Under the pieces are notes generated by a model. It was not told the origin of the DNA. It worked only from the letters and a program-made list of their open reading frames with translations, and did no database searches. Made by a program: the position numbers and the translations under genes. A DNA stretch of 51,396 nucleotides, counting the filler, from Catajapyx aquilonaris (Eukaryota), in the NCBI GenBank assembly GCA_000934665.2. It is 2 parts of 2 records of this genome, joined end to end, with 100 filler letters (N's around TTAATTAATTAA, not from the genome) between each part and the next. Parts side by side here need not be neighbours in the genome. Positions count along the whole stretch, not along the records: positions 1 to 25,704 come from JYFJ02005357.1; 1 more part is not named here. One strand, written 5' to 3'. Shown one piece after another: positions 1 to 12,900 of this stretch. How positions within the stretch are numbered: the first letter of the stretch is position 1; each line of letters opens with the position of its first letter.

Positions 1-5
1 ACAAT

Positions 6-256
6 AAATGAAAAGGTTACATAATAACTAATATATGAAATGAAAAGGTTACATAATAACTAATATATGAAATGAAAAGGTTACATAATAACTAATATAT
101 TAAATGAAAAGGTTACATAATAACTAATATATTAAATGAAAAGGTTACATAATAACTAATATATGAAATGAAAAGGTTACATAATAACTAATATATTAAA
201 TGAAAAGGTTACATAATAACTAATATATTAAATGAAAAGGTTACATAATAACTAAT
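6..256. repeat. 32-bp minisatellite, about 8 copies
   Basis: Unit AAATGAAAAGGTTACATAATAACTAATATATG/T; AAAAGGTT at 11 and 43 gives period 32. Confidence 0.9.
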
Positions 257-862
257 AATTTAAATAATAAGTAATAATTTAGATAATAAGTAATAATTTA
301 GATAATAAAATAATAAGTAATAATTCAAATAATAAAATAATAAGTAATAATTTAGATAATAAAATAATAAGTCATAATTTAAATAATAAAATAATAAGTC
401 ATAATTCAAATAATAAGTAAAACAATAAGCAATAAATGTAATGCTTGAATAATAAATAACCTTATTACTAATTATCTGACAAATAAATAATTAATAAAAA
501 GCGCTAATTAAATATAATTTAAGACTAGATAATTAATGCATAATCAATAACATGATATAAGTAGGCTAATCAATTTGATAAGCAATTCATCAAACAATCA
601 TTAATACTGGATAAAAAGAGAGGTTTGGGTAATAAATGCATAATTAAATGATACGTAATTTAGTGAGTAATAATTATTGATTAATTTTATCGATAATTAA
701 TCAGATAATCAATTTTAAAATTATTTTAATTAGAGGGCATAAGTTATATAGAATTGCGGCTTCGATCTGCGCCTCTGTCCGCGGTGAGTCATCAGCAAGG
801 AAGGCTGCGCCATCTCTGTGAGGGGATGGTACTACGTTTATTGCGAGTAGGTATAGGCATAC

Positions 863-1084
863 CTGCGAAGTAGACGGCCGGTCTGTTGTCCCTGAACCTG
901 AGCAGGTTCTGTGCATAGTTGAGCCTTGCCCCTGGGAACCACGAGGACACGCGGTCTATCCTGGACGTCCGGTCCACCACGTGCGAGTACGGCTGGGAGT
1001 GCAGGACCTCGCAGTACAGCCATACCTCCTCCCAGAAGGAAGGGTACTCATCAACGGACCATCCATGAAGATCCTGGTACGTGT
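863..1084 (-). CDS. AACS: Acetoacetyl-CoA synthetase, coding exon 2
   Basis: ttccag|AC acceptor and G|gtatgc donor, phase 1 on both sides. Encodes (D)TYQDLHGWSVDEYPSFWEEVW...VVDRTSRIDRVSSWFPGARLNYAQNLLRFRDNRPAVYFA, matching the AACS N-terminal pattern YxDLxxWSV...FW...WFxGxRLNYAxNLL. Confidence 0.9.
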
Positions 1085-1299
1085 CTGGAATGGACGATCG
1101 AGGAAAATAAGAAAAGAAAAAAAAACAATGGGGGGAAAAACCATGTCAAAAAAATTTACGAGGAGGAAAAACATGCTTTGTTTTTTTAATATAAATAGAA
1201 GCGATGAATCACTCTTGCGTAAAACTCTTTTCATGTCACAGAGAAGAAGAAAAAAAAAACAAGGTGTAGTACATGTACAGGGTGGCGAATTATCCAAGC

Positions 1300-2660
1300 A
1301 ACAATGTGTCTCATATCGATATATATCGCTTGATCGATAGATATATCCTGATAATATCGTTCAATACAAGCAATAATTTATGTATGTATAATATCGATAT
1401 AGCTTGATCGATATATCACATTTGCTGATGATAATGTGATTCGATGCAGACATTGATATCTACACATGCAGAATATCGATATATCGCTTTCTCGGTGAAG
1501 ATTTCCTGATAATATCGATCTATACTACCAATAATTTCGATATGCATGATATAGATATATTGTCTCATCGATATATTTCCTAGATATCGATTTACATTGT
1601 CAGAAAATATTTATCGACCTGGCGATGATATATCGATATTTCATATATCTACTCATAATATACGGTATCTACCCATATATTCTAATTTCTACTCTAATAC
1701 AATAGGTGATATGTATCGAAAGTTATTGTTCATATTGATCGATTTTATCAGTAAATATTCATCGAGCAAACGATATATCGATATTTCGCATCGATTGACA
1801 TTGTCAGTAAATATTTATCGGCATGGCGAGAACAATTCGATATATGAAATATCGATATATCCCCCATGCCGATAAATATTTTCTGACAATGTCAATCGAT
1901 GCGAAATATCGATATATAGTTTTCTCGATGAATATTTACTGATAAAATCGATCAATACAAGCAATAAATTTCGATGCATGTCAGAATATCAATATTGACC
2001 GATATTTTCTGACAATGTCGATCGATGTGCACAGGCATATATGAAATATCGATATATCGCGTTCTCGAATAAATATAGGCAGTGTTTCATTATGTAGAAA
2101 TATGATTACATCGCTTGATCCGTACATATATTGCTTAATGTCTATCGATTCAATAATGTCGACAGGTACAATAACGCTATACAGGGTGGACCAACTTCAA
2201 GTGTCGCTTTATAACGGCGATTAATAGCAGTGATTTTGCGATGACGTAGCAGCGACGTGTAAAATGTCCCACTTCGGCGCCATCGAAAATATTAGCTGCC
2301 AATATGGCAGCCAGTTGGCAGCTAATATTTTCGATGGCGCCGAAGTGGGCCATTTTACACGTCGCTGCTACGTCAATCGTAAAGCGCTTCTATTAATAGC
2401 CGTTATAAAACGACACTTGAAGTTGGTCCACCCTGTATGCCGCTCTTTCAACAGCCATAATGTTCATGGTAAAGTATACTGTCGATCGATATAGATTGTA
2501 GACAAATGTGTCATGATGTAATATATCGATATATCGCTTTCTCGATAAACATTTCAGGATGATATGCATCGATACATCGACATATCGAATACCAATTTTT
2601 ATGATTTTCGATTACGATTTCGATATTATTTGCCGGTGTCAAATGTCAGATATCGAACGG
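1300..2660. repeat. ATCGAT/GATATC-rich degenerate repeat with internal inverted segments, probably a decayed non-autonomous DNA transposon
   Basis: Dense TATCGATA/ATCGAT motifs. Inverted pair TTGTCAGAAAATATTTATCG (~1597) and CGATAAATATTTTCTGACAA (~1870). Termini not resolved. Confidence 0.55.
2182..2435. mobile_element. Tc1/mariner-type foldback MITE (254 bp)
   Basis: TA|CAGGGTGGACCAACTTCAAGTGTCG...CGACACTTGAAGTTGGTCCACCCTG|TA. Almost the whole element is an inverted repeat, with a TA TSD. Confidence 0.9.
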
Positions 2661-3359
2661 GCCTCTCTGCCCAAGCTGACGGTCCAAGAGGGTTGACTCC
2701 AGATAATTATAATCTCGAGATATGCCCAAGCTTTTGCAACGTGTTGTTGTAACAATCAGCGCCGAACGTTGCTTCATATGTCAACAGCCAGTTAATTTAG
2801 TTCCCTTTTGTTAGGTTGTTGCAAAAATATCAGGGTCGTTCACCATGAGTTATTATGTACGTCTTGTTTAATCCAAGCAACCAGTTTGAACCGTTACTTT
2901 TTATTATTTTTATTATTGGGTTGCTAGGGTGAACAACCCTATTCTGGACCGTGTATACAGGAGCAGCGTGTACCATCCTTTCCCACCCCCTCATATACCT
3001 ACAGAACGACGTTCACGGTCCTTCCCAAAGAGAGTTCATTGTATCCCCCCAGCGACAATGCAGGAGGATCGGACACACAGGTTAAACCGAGCACTTCCGT
3101 ACACAAAGGGACCTTCGACGAAGGACAAGGATAATACTTTCACTCAGCAGGTCGGTCGGTCGGTGGCGGCTTTAGCTGGGATGATTCCTTGTTCCACTCA
3201 AGGCTGTCCGGTTCCCAGCAGCCTCCTTGAGTGGCTTTTTGTAGTGGCGTCGGACCATGTATAATACATGTACGGGGGACTTAATCACGAGTTGCTGTGG
3301 TACTGCGTAGTTGGGCAGGTCCAGCGAAGATATGCGAGGAATGCACAGGTTGGCTCATA

Positions 3360-4210
3360 TCGACATGTTCCGTCTTGAGAAAACGGGACAGAAAAATGTT
3401 CCGACTCGAAGATGGGACAGAATGTTATAGGAACGGGATGAAAAAGTTCCGACTTATTGTAAACGGAATAGAAATGTTCCGCGTCTAGTAAACGAAATGT
3501 TCCGTCTTGGAAACATGCCCATGTACTTGCAGGCGGGACAGAATTGTTCCGACTTGGAGACGCAACAGAAATGGTCCGACTCGAAGATGGGACAGGAAGT
3601 TGGAATGTTGGAAACGGGATTTTTTTAAACAAATGTTCCGACTTGTAAACGGAACATAAATGTTCCGTCTAGCAAGCGAAATGTTCCCTCTTGGAAACGT
3701 GACAGAAAACTTGTAAACTAAAAAAGAAACGGTCCGTCTTGTAAACGACACAGAAATGGATACTTGCAGACGGGACAGAATTGTTCCGACGTGGAGACGT
3801 GACAGAAAACACTCTTATAAACGAAAAAGAAACGTACCGTCCTCTAAACGAGACAAAAATGCCCATACTTGCAGACGGGACAGAATTGTTCCGACTTGGA
3901 AACGTGACAGAAAACACTCTTATAAACGAAAAAGAAACGTACCGTCCTCTAAACGAGACAAAAATGCCCATACTTGCAGACGGGACAGAATTGTTCCGAC
4001 TTGGAGACGTTCACAGAAAACGTGACGTGTTACGAACGAAAAAGGTCTTGTAAACGACAAATAAATGGCATTACTTGGAGACGGGGCAGAAATGTTCCGG
4101 ATTGGAAAGCTGACGAAAGGTGAAATGTTTCGTCATGAAAACGAAAGAAAAAAAAGTTCCGACTCGGAGACGGGACATAATGTTCCGGCTTGGAGAGGGG
4201 ACAAAACTCC
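3360..4210. repeat. Composite tandem repeat (GACGGGACAGAAWTGTTCCGACTTG subunits; 105-bp higher-order unit, about 2.5 copies at 3760-4010)
   Basis: ATACTTGCAGACGGGACAGAATTGTTCCGAC recurs at ~105-bp spacing; the overlapping ORFs repeat every 35 aa. Confidence 0.85.
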
Positions 4211-4298
4211 GTGTTGACATTGAATAGGTGCCTGGGTTGGCCGTACTGTGTCTGTAATGTTTTAAACAAAGGCATAATTTACCCCCCAACTAATTTGT

Positions 4299-4601
4299 AA
4301 TGAGCTCAACCAAGTGCGCACCCACACTCGCGCAAATCAATGGAGCTGCGCGAGTGATGGTGCGCACTTGGTTGCGTCAACATTGCCACAGTTACTCCTC
4401 GTCGTGGAACCAAATTCGCAGCAGTAACAGACCTTATGTAGCATCTGAGTTTTGGCAAAGTCGGAAACGTCGGCCATATTGATTTCCCTCAAAGGGTAGC
4501 GTTGGAAATAGATGCGGTACGCCCACTTTATACCATCTATCATTGATAATTCCAACCGTGGAAGCTGCGCGAACTGTGGTGCGCACATGTTTGAGCTCGT
4601 T
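4299..4601. mobile_element. MITE-like element with imperfect terminal inverted repeats
   Basis: AATGAGCTCAACCAAGTGCGCACC...GGTGCGCACATGTTTGAGCTCGTT, plus an internal inverted copy at ~4359-4375. Confidence 0.5.
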
Positions 4602-5139
4602 TAAAAAAATATATAAAAAAAAGCATCTCCAGTATCGTACAGTACAGTTCATTGTTGTCTCTGGTTCGATGCTCGCAGCCAAGTGAACGGGCCAGGGTCG
4701 CAAGTGCAGCGAACGTGTATGATCCAATAAAAAACTAGGGTGAAGGAAATGAAAGGTTACAACAGTACAAAATATCTCTATCTAGAGACGGTACTTGTTG
4801 TAACAACCTCAATCTGATGTACTAACCTGTATAAAAAAAAGGAAGAAGGAGCCTCATTACTGCACAAGGAAGTAAACCTGTACTACTACTACACTACAAC
4901 TGTGCAATAAAAAGGGGGAGAAAAACCCTATACTGCAACATATGGGCACCAATAGAGTTTCGAGAGGGATTTGTCCACACCAGCAACACTTCCTACGTAA
5001 GATTGCTTCGTCTAAAAATAGGTTGCTGTGGTCAACAACTCGAATCGCACACTGTCAGATTGTTTTGACATTAACATTATTATTATTAGCTGATATCATC
5101 TGCGATAACGTATGACAGAAAATGTTAAATTACAAGGAT

Positions 5140-5900
5140 CGTTAGTGACTGTTATTATATTGTTAATAACGGCTACAATAATTATTAATAACTGTTATGA
5201 TAAATGTCGACAACTGTTGTAATAATTATTAATAACTGTTGTAATAATTAATTATTAATAACTGCGCTATGTCAATAATTGTCAAAAACTTATGATAACA
5301 TAACTGTTAACGATTGTTATTATATTACTGTGTTAATATAAACAATCGTTAATGACTTTAACTGTTAATAACTGTAATTGTTAATAACTGTTTAAAATAG
5401 TAAAATAACTGTTATTATATTGTTAATAACGGCTACAATAATTATTAACAACTGTTATAATAAATGTTGACAACTGTTATGACAATAATTGTCAGAAACT
5501 TATAACATAGAGCTCTGTTAACGATTGTTATTATAACTGTGTTAATATAAACAATCGTTAATAACTGTTATAATCAGTGTTGACGACTGTTATGACAATA
5601 ACTGTCAAAAACTTATGATAATATAGCTGTTAACAATTGTTATTATAACTGTTAACAATCGTTAATAACTGTTAAATGGTCAATTGCAGTTTAAAATAGT
5701 TAATAACTGTTATGATAGTTGTTGACAACTATTTTAATTGCCAATAACATTCTTGTCGAAACCTATGATAATAGCTGTTAACAATCGTTACTGTTATGTA
5801 ATTATTGCTAACAACTGTTATTATATTAACTTACAAACTTATGATAATAACATTATTGTATATAATTGCCATTAACGATAATTGTTATAATATGACCTGC
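5140..5900. repeat. AT-rich degenerate satellite (TTAATAACTGTT-type units)
   Basis: Repeated AATAACTGTT motifs; duplicated block ACTGTTATTATATTGTTAATAACGGCTACAATAATTATTAA at ~5148 and ~5408. Confidence 0.7.
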
Positions 5901-7515
5901 TGCATAATCAGCACAACTATACTTTGGCTAATTAATGATAAAAGAAAATTGAATGCATCGTCATATAACACTATAATGAGGAAGTTTTTTAATGTTTAAA
6001 AAATTGGTAAAATAAAATAAATTAGAGAGTTAAATGTGGAGATAAGTTATGGCTATGAAAGTTTCACTAAAACCCTACTTATAAAATAATTGTATGTATA
6101 GCTATTGAATGTAATTGACTGATTTTATTCCCCTAAATGCACTATATAAACTGTAACTGATATAATTATTGTCATATTTAATTTTCATTAACGGCTTTAC
6201 ATTATTTAATGCATTTAAAAATCCATTTATGCAAAATATCAGGTGTAATTAATTAAATCCGTTAAATTCTTTAAAATTTTTAATCAACTTTAAATGCGAA
6301 GGCCATACATTTTCCGCCGAGCCTATTTTCATTCGCGTAACAATGAGTCATTAACAGGAGTAAGTATGTCACAGGGTGTTTAAGAAACAGCAGCCTCTTG
6401 TTTTATTATTATAACCGTGTATCCCATAGTTATTTGCGGTGGAAGTGAAAGGAGGTCAGAGGTCGAGGGCACCAGACTTCCGTTCAAGAGAAAAAGTCAC
6501 TTGTAACATACCGTAGACGGGATGTCCTCCTCCTCTTATTATATCCCCTGGATACGTCTATTAGAGTGCAAGGTAGCAAAAGGGGTCATACACCTGCAGC
6601 TGTACTGTGTACGGAGGAATAATAACGTGAACGTACTACATACTCAAGGTTTAAGGAGATACCCCCACGAATAAAATTATAACTGGTTTTACGTAGGATT
6701 TATCTCATCAGACCATGAATGATTTACTTGATAGTTGCGGAGAAAGTCAGGTTTCATAGGAAAAGATAATGTGTTGGCAGATTATCTTTTAAATAAATTT
6801 GAAAACAAATGGTTTCAAATAATTACTTTAAATGAATTGCAAAACAAATATATTTTAAATGAATTGCAAATCAAATATATTTTAAATGAATTGCAAAACA
6901 AATATTTTAAATGAATTGCAAAACAAATATTTTAAATTAATATTTAAATAAATTTCCAAGCAAATGTTTCAAAAATAATATCGTTAAAATAATTTTTTTC
7001 AATAAATGTTTTAAAAATAATATTTTAAGTGAATTTCAAAACAAATGCTGTAAAATAATTACTTACACGTCGTGAACGATTAAAATAATTTGTTGACGAT
7101 GATTTTATGATTCGTTGTGATGATTCGACAATGATGTTATGATTCAAAGATGATGTATGATTCACAGTTGATTTGCACGACTTGCGATTTAACGAAGATT
7201 TATTAATGATTTGCGATTTAACAAAGATTTGTTAATGATTTGCGATTTAACAAAGATTTGTTAATGATTTGCGATTTATCAAATACTGGGTAATGATTTT
7301 GTTATTTATCACTGATTTGTTATTAATTGGCTATTTATCCATGATTTGTTATTAATTTGCTATTTATCCATGATTTTTAATGACTTGTGATTCATCGATG
7401 AGTTGACAACGACTTGTGATTGATTAATGATTTTTTTTTATTTTGTGATTCATTAATGACGTAATAATGACTTGTTTTTTTTTTTAAATACGATACTGCA
7501 TAAAAAGTAACTCAC

Positions 7516-7612
7516 CTAGTTTGAGTCCGTACTTGTGGTTGACCCTGTTCCTGAACGTCTCCATGTGTGTTTCCCGGTTGGAGTCCGGTCTCCACATGAC
7601 CACGTCCTCCAT
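7516..7612 (-). CDS. AACS: Acetoacetyl-CoA synthetase, coding exon 1
   Basis: ATG at 7612 (ACCATGG context). Encodes MEDVVMWRPDSNRETHMETFRNRVNHKYGLKL+G|gtgag, matching AACS VMWxPDS..TxMxxFR. The phase-1 donor joins exon 863-1084 in frame across a 6431-bp intron. Confidence 0.88.
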
Positions 7613-7851
7613 GGTAACTTCTTCTTCTTCTTCTGGGAGTGCTTCCGGGGGAAAGACACAGGTGTACGAACCTTACTCCTTGCAGGCCAACCTTGGACTG
7701 AAGACTGAAGTGAGCAGACCGAATGAGATAAGGGGGTGTGGTGGGGGAGGGGAGGGTGCTGAGAGGGATTGGAGGGGGGTGGGTGGGGGAGAAAATCCCA
7801 CCCACACACCCCCAGCATGCTGCAGGTCTCTAGGCTCACATGTGGTGAGGC

Positions 7852-7859
7852 TGACGTCA
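7852..7859. promoter_or_regulatory. Perfect CRE palindrome TGACGTCA upstream of AACS
   Basis: 240 bp upstream of the ATG, in a GC-rich promoter-like region next to an E-box (CACATG, ~7837). Function untested. Confidence 0.35.
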
Positions 7860-9934
7860 AAAAAGGCTCCTCCCGTTCATTTTTTGCAACGTTTCCTGGA
7901 GGATTCGCAATCGTTTTTTTTTTTTTTTTTTTGGCAATTACGTCCCGGGTACAATTTTTTTAAGTAATTTTTTGGGGATTGGAGCCAAAGTTCAAGAATG
8001 GAAAAAAATCGTCATTTTCTTATAATTACTAGTGAAAGGATTTTATTTAACTGTCATTAATTGTTAATCATTCATAATCATTATCATGAAAACTTATTTA
8101 TTCATTTATTATTAATCACATAATAATCAGTATTTCATTACCGTACTAATTTAATATATATATATATAATGTACATTATTGTTTCATCCATTAATTATTA
8201 CATTTATCATCATTTATTCCATCAATTATTATATAATTATTTCATTACTATTCATCATTAAATTATAAACGGTACGGGTATATTGTACATTTCATCACTA
8301 TAAATGTCATTAATTAATAAGGAAAAATCACTGCTGTTACGAATTTAATTATTCTTATGATTATTATTTTCACATATCATTAATGACTCGTAATAACTAA
8401 TATAGCATGTAATAAGATAGTAACATTATTACTGAAATTTAATTATTCGTTTATTAATAATTAGTGATTAATATTGATTATTTTTATTTCCATTAATTAC
8501 TAACAATCGATTATTGGTAGTTATTATACCATCATTTATTAATTAGGTATTTATCAATATTAATATTAATGATTGTTAACAATTAATTCCCATAAATACA
8601 GTATTACTTTAATTGTTATTACCTTTAAATTTAAATTGCCAAATTAAGTGTAAACTTAAAATCAATTAAATCAATAAAAATAAATAATTACAATTATTGA
8701 TGATGATGATGAGAGGTAGACGAGCCAGTAAATGGACAGGTTGAATGCGATAAATGGCCTGGTCTTACAGTAGGAAAAATTTACTTCTAGGGCGCAATTT
8801 AATATGAACGTTTAAGTAATTAATTGGACATGTGACGCATCTGTAGGCTAATCATCACAATTTCATACCCATTTTAGTACCTGTTCCCATGAGCCAAAAA
8901 TATACCGTGCGACACAAAGGAGCCACATTGATACTGCAGCTCTTCAAAAACATTTACCCTGCAGTGGGAATGACCTCTCTTCAAAATAACTGCTCAATTT
9001 TCGCGGCTTCCAAGGACAAAAAATCAGGTTTGTGCAAAAATATTCGCGAACTGAGTCACTTATTTTTTTCGTTGCAAAGGGAATTCGATCAGGCTAAGAA
9101 ATAATGGGATTTTTTTTTGCACAATTTGCGTCAGAATTTTTGCAGAAGAAAATTCCCCCTCCAAAATTACATAACGCTGTAACAGGCTATTAGTTTTGCG
9201 CTTGAAACATTACGTGCACTTAGGTAATTTTTTTTTATATAGTAAAAAAAATTAGGTGGCTAAAAATGTCCCAATATCTCTTCCTGATTTCTATTACAGC
9301 ACAATTTCATATCTTACGATATGAGAGGTCAAGGTCAACATTTTTTTTTGCCTCTAACCGAAGCTGAGATAAGTGGGTTATACTATGTGACGTACCCTTC
9401 AATTGAAGTAATAAATTGTGCAAAAATTGTAGATATACCGAATCTTGTAACACTTGAAGGAGCCTTGAAGGTTGTAAAGTCATGCCACCGCATCCGACGT
9501 CACAATTTTTAACATGATGAGCACTGCCAAGGTCGCAATTATTTCATATATCCGACATACCGAAAAAGTTTTTACATGCGAAATATTTTGCAACCAGGAA
9601 AAAAAAAACCCGTTGCATTCCCAGCATTGTCACACCCTGCGTTTAGAAAAAAGGTGCTTTCTCCACATGCATTAAGTAACGAGGTTGGAGAAAGTTGTTG
9701 ACTTTTTTTTCCCCTTCTTCTTCTTCTCCCTGCATTCTAGAACACGACCTCCAAAATCTTCTGTTTATATATACCCGGCGTGTTAAGTCACATATTGGCA
9801 GGACAATGGTTTGAAGGGTGAAAACCGATTTGGTTGCGACATGCGGTTTGCACATTGTCAATTTATTATCCCTTCGCAATATCACAGATCATGTTTTTTT
9901 AAAAAAAGAAATTAGGAAAATGAGTGTGTAAAAT

Positions 9935-12900
9935 TCATTTGGTCCACTCGACTGTGACCGGCTGGTACTTGAACAGGTCTGGTTGTCCGTAGTGCGGAGT
10001 CGTGTTGCCGAAGTCGGCTTTGGACCACTGGAACGCTGGTAGTGGGTCGTACACCGGACCGTTGACAGCCACGAACTGCATACCGGCTGCTAGACCCATG
10101 CTTGTGACCTTCGTGTCCGTAGCTCCATGCGATCTATGGGCCATACTGGGGAAAGGGTACTTTCCGGATGCGGGGTTCAGATCGCTCCTGGATGGTATTG
10201 CATTCTCAGCGTTGTGTCTCGGTACGCACTGGTCGCAAATGGCCAGCGGGTCGTGCAGGTAGTCGTTGTGTCGCATCAGATGTACCACGGACTCTAAGGT
10301 CGTGGCTCCAGGCTGGTCCCGCTTGAAGATCAGAGCACGTGGAGCCCGATCGTATGTGAACCAGTCGCCGTACTTCTGGACCATCGAAGGGGCCTCGCTG
10401 TACGAGAATATTCCGGGGAAGTAGGCGATGTTGTAGGACGGCCAGTACGACTTGGTGCGCAGGACATTGGTCGCATCCTACAAGGGAATAAACCAGGGTT
10501 TCAAGACGAGCTCATTGTTTTCATATGATTTAACGCAAGATATTCAGCCACAGAAAATCCTAGCAGCGTACAAGGTCATGTTGTTTACAATCCTGAGGGA
10601 AACTTGGGGAAACTGTCATTACATTAGTTAAAGAAGCGGGTACTAAAATGGGTATGAAAATGTGATTGTTAGGTATGCGTCACACATTCAATTACGGTCG
10701 TAAGTTGTGTCGGAGAAGTACATTTTTCCAGGCGGTATTACATCGGACATGGTAGTTTCCTGCCAGCAAGTACGGACAATGTACGTTGCGGACCACAAAT
10801 TACGGGTATGACTCATGGCAAGAGTTCACGAGGTCGCATGACAACACGTTTTTACAAGCTGAGCAGATAAGGCCATTTTTGTCAGCCATTGCAATTGCAT
10901 GCCCTTGATTGCACTCATAACCATTTTGTATCCCCCTGTAAAATCAAGGGCAAGTATAATTTTAAAAAGGGGAAGGGAAATTACATAAAGGGTTTTTTTA
11001 TGTAATTTCTTTTTGCACCGGCAAGTTCTGCGCACAATTATAATTGTGCGCAGAACTTGCCGGCAGCTTTTGCATTTCATATGTCTCGCTCGTAAGAAGT
11101 GCGGAATAACTGCGGAGAGATGTTGCAAAACTGCATTTTTGATGTGGGAATCCTTGTTACTTTCTGCGCAGCAACAGGTGCATGGCTTTCACATGTCCTT
11201 GCCATGCATTATCTGATCGTGGCATGAGAGGCTTTCGATTTAATCGGACAAACTTTGTCACCATATGTGCAGGGTTAGGCATGATTTTGCTGATTAGGAA
11301 AATGAAACCAGCTGCTCAATGTCATGTACGCACTTGGCTACTTATAAGTACTTGCGGCTAGTAAATTTGTCGTCTCACCTCAGACTGGACCATCCCTGGC
11401 ATCTGCTCGAGGACCCACAACAATCCGGGCTGCAAATCCTGCAAACTGCTGGTGCTACCGAACACCTTGTAGTCCACCACCATCCACTGATTGTTGTACG
11501 TGCCGCTGTTGTACTTGGTGAAAGTCTTGGCCCACTCGGCTCCGGATCGGCTCAGGCGATTGGCGACCATGGTCCTCACGCCCGCTATAAGCTAAGGGCA
11601 ACAACGTTAACGGCATTGAACTATTACATCCTTGCGTTAATACTCACCGCATTTTGGGGCTGGACGAACTGCCATGCGGACGAGTTGTAGTTATCGATCG
11701 TTGTCTCGAGCACCACCAATCCGGCTGAGGTCAAGTAGTAGTCGTCCACTGATGACAACAACGCAGGGTACGATGACATGGACACGCTGGCTCCCGGGAC
11801 CTCCCCGCCGTTTCCAGGCATCTTGTAAGCCAGGTCGTACCTCTTGAGTATGCGAGTCATCGCTGTGTACGATCCCCAAGTGTCGTGAGTGACGAACAGC
11901 TCCGACTTGCCATCGTTACCAATTACATGTTTGATCAGAGCTGAGCACGACCCGCTGCCAAACGGCTCACGGTAAGACTCGTCGGCATCGAAAGCGGACA
12001 TGAAGTCGCCCATGTCGCCATTAATGTTGAGCCATCTACGGGGGAGAAAAGCACGATTACATACAGCGCAATTACACTCTGAGAACTGAATGCGAAAAAT
12101 ATTCTCATCTCGCAAATTTCATATGAATTGCATGAACCAGTGCGGAAAATATTCTCAGAAGAAACAGGTCCAGTTTGTATTCAAACCCAGCGACTATTAG
12201 AAACAATCCAAAATCATTATCTTCTCACCAGGGTTACCTTGGTTGCCATTGTTATTCATTGTCGTCAACAATGAATAACAAAAAGTATAATCATGATCTT
12301 GGTGGCGTGTGTGAATGGCCTTATTGACTAAAAGAGAAATCCGCTGCGTCGAATTCGCAAGGCGTTTGCATATGGAGTTAGCGCAATTTGCATTCCGAGA
12401 ATTGCAGACCAATTAGCACACATTTATTTTCAGACAAACGAGCTGGCTACAGTGACACCTTGGGAGATCCGTATATTTTTATTTATTTTATGATGGGCCT
12501 TATATTTTTAAAATAATAATAATTACTCATGATCTGGAGCGCAAGTCAATGAACTTGCACGTAACTGATATTGCCTGAAATCAGGTCACAATAATTGATA
12601 TGACTGTTTAAATATTACGTATTATCTGTCTGCTGCCGTCCCAGTGTTTACACAAAATTATCGGACTGGACCTGGTCAGACGGCCTGCCCCAACAACAAT
12701 CAGATTGGGGCAGGTCAGTGCGGCCCAGAGACGCCGGGACATGTAGATACCAGCAGAATTAACCTGGTAAAAATTGAGGTTATCGTATATCAGTTATTAT
12801 TTACTCTGGGCCGGACAGGAAGATAACTGCCCCGTTATTTTCAATGTTTGTCTCGAGCTAAAAGAGTGCGGAATTTCGCAACAACAGGAGTCGATGACTT

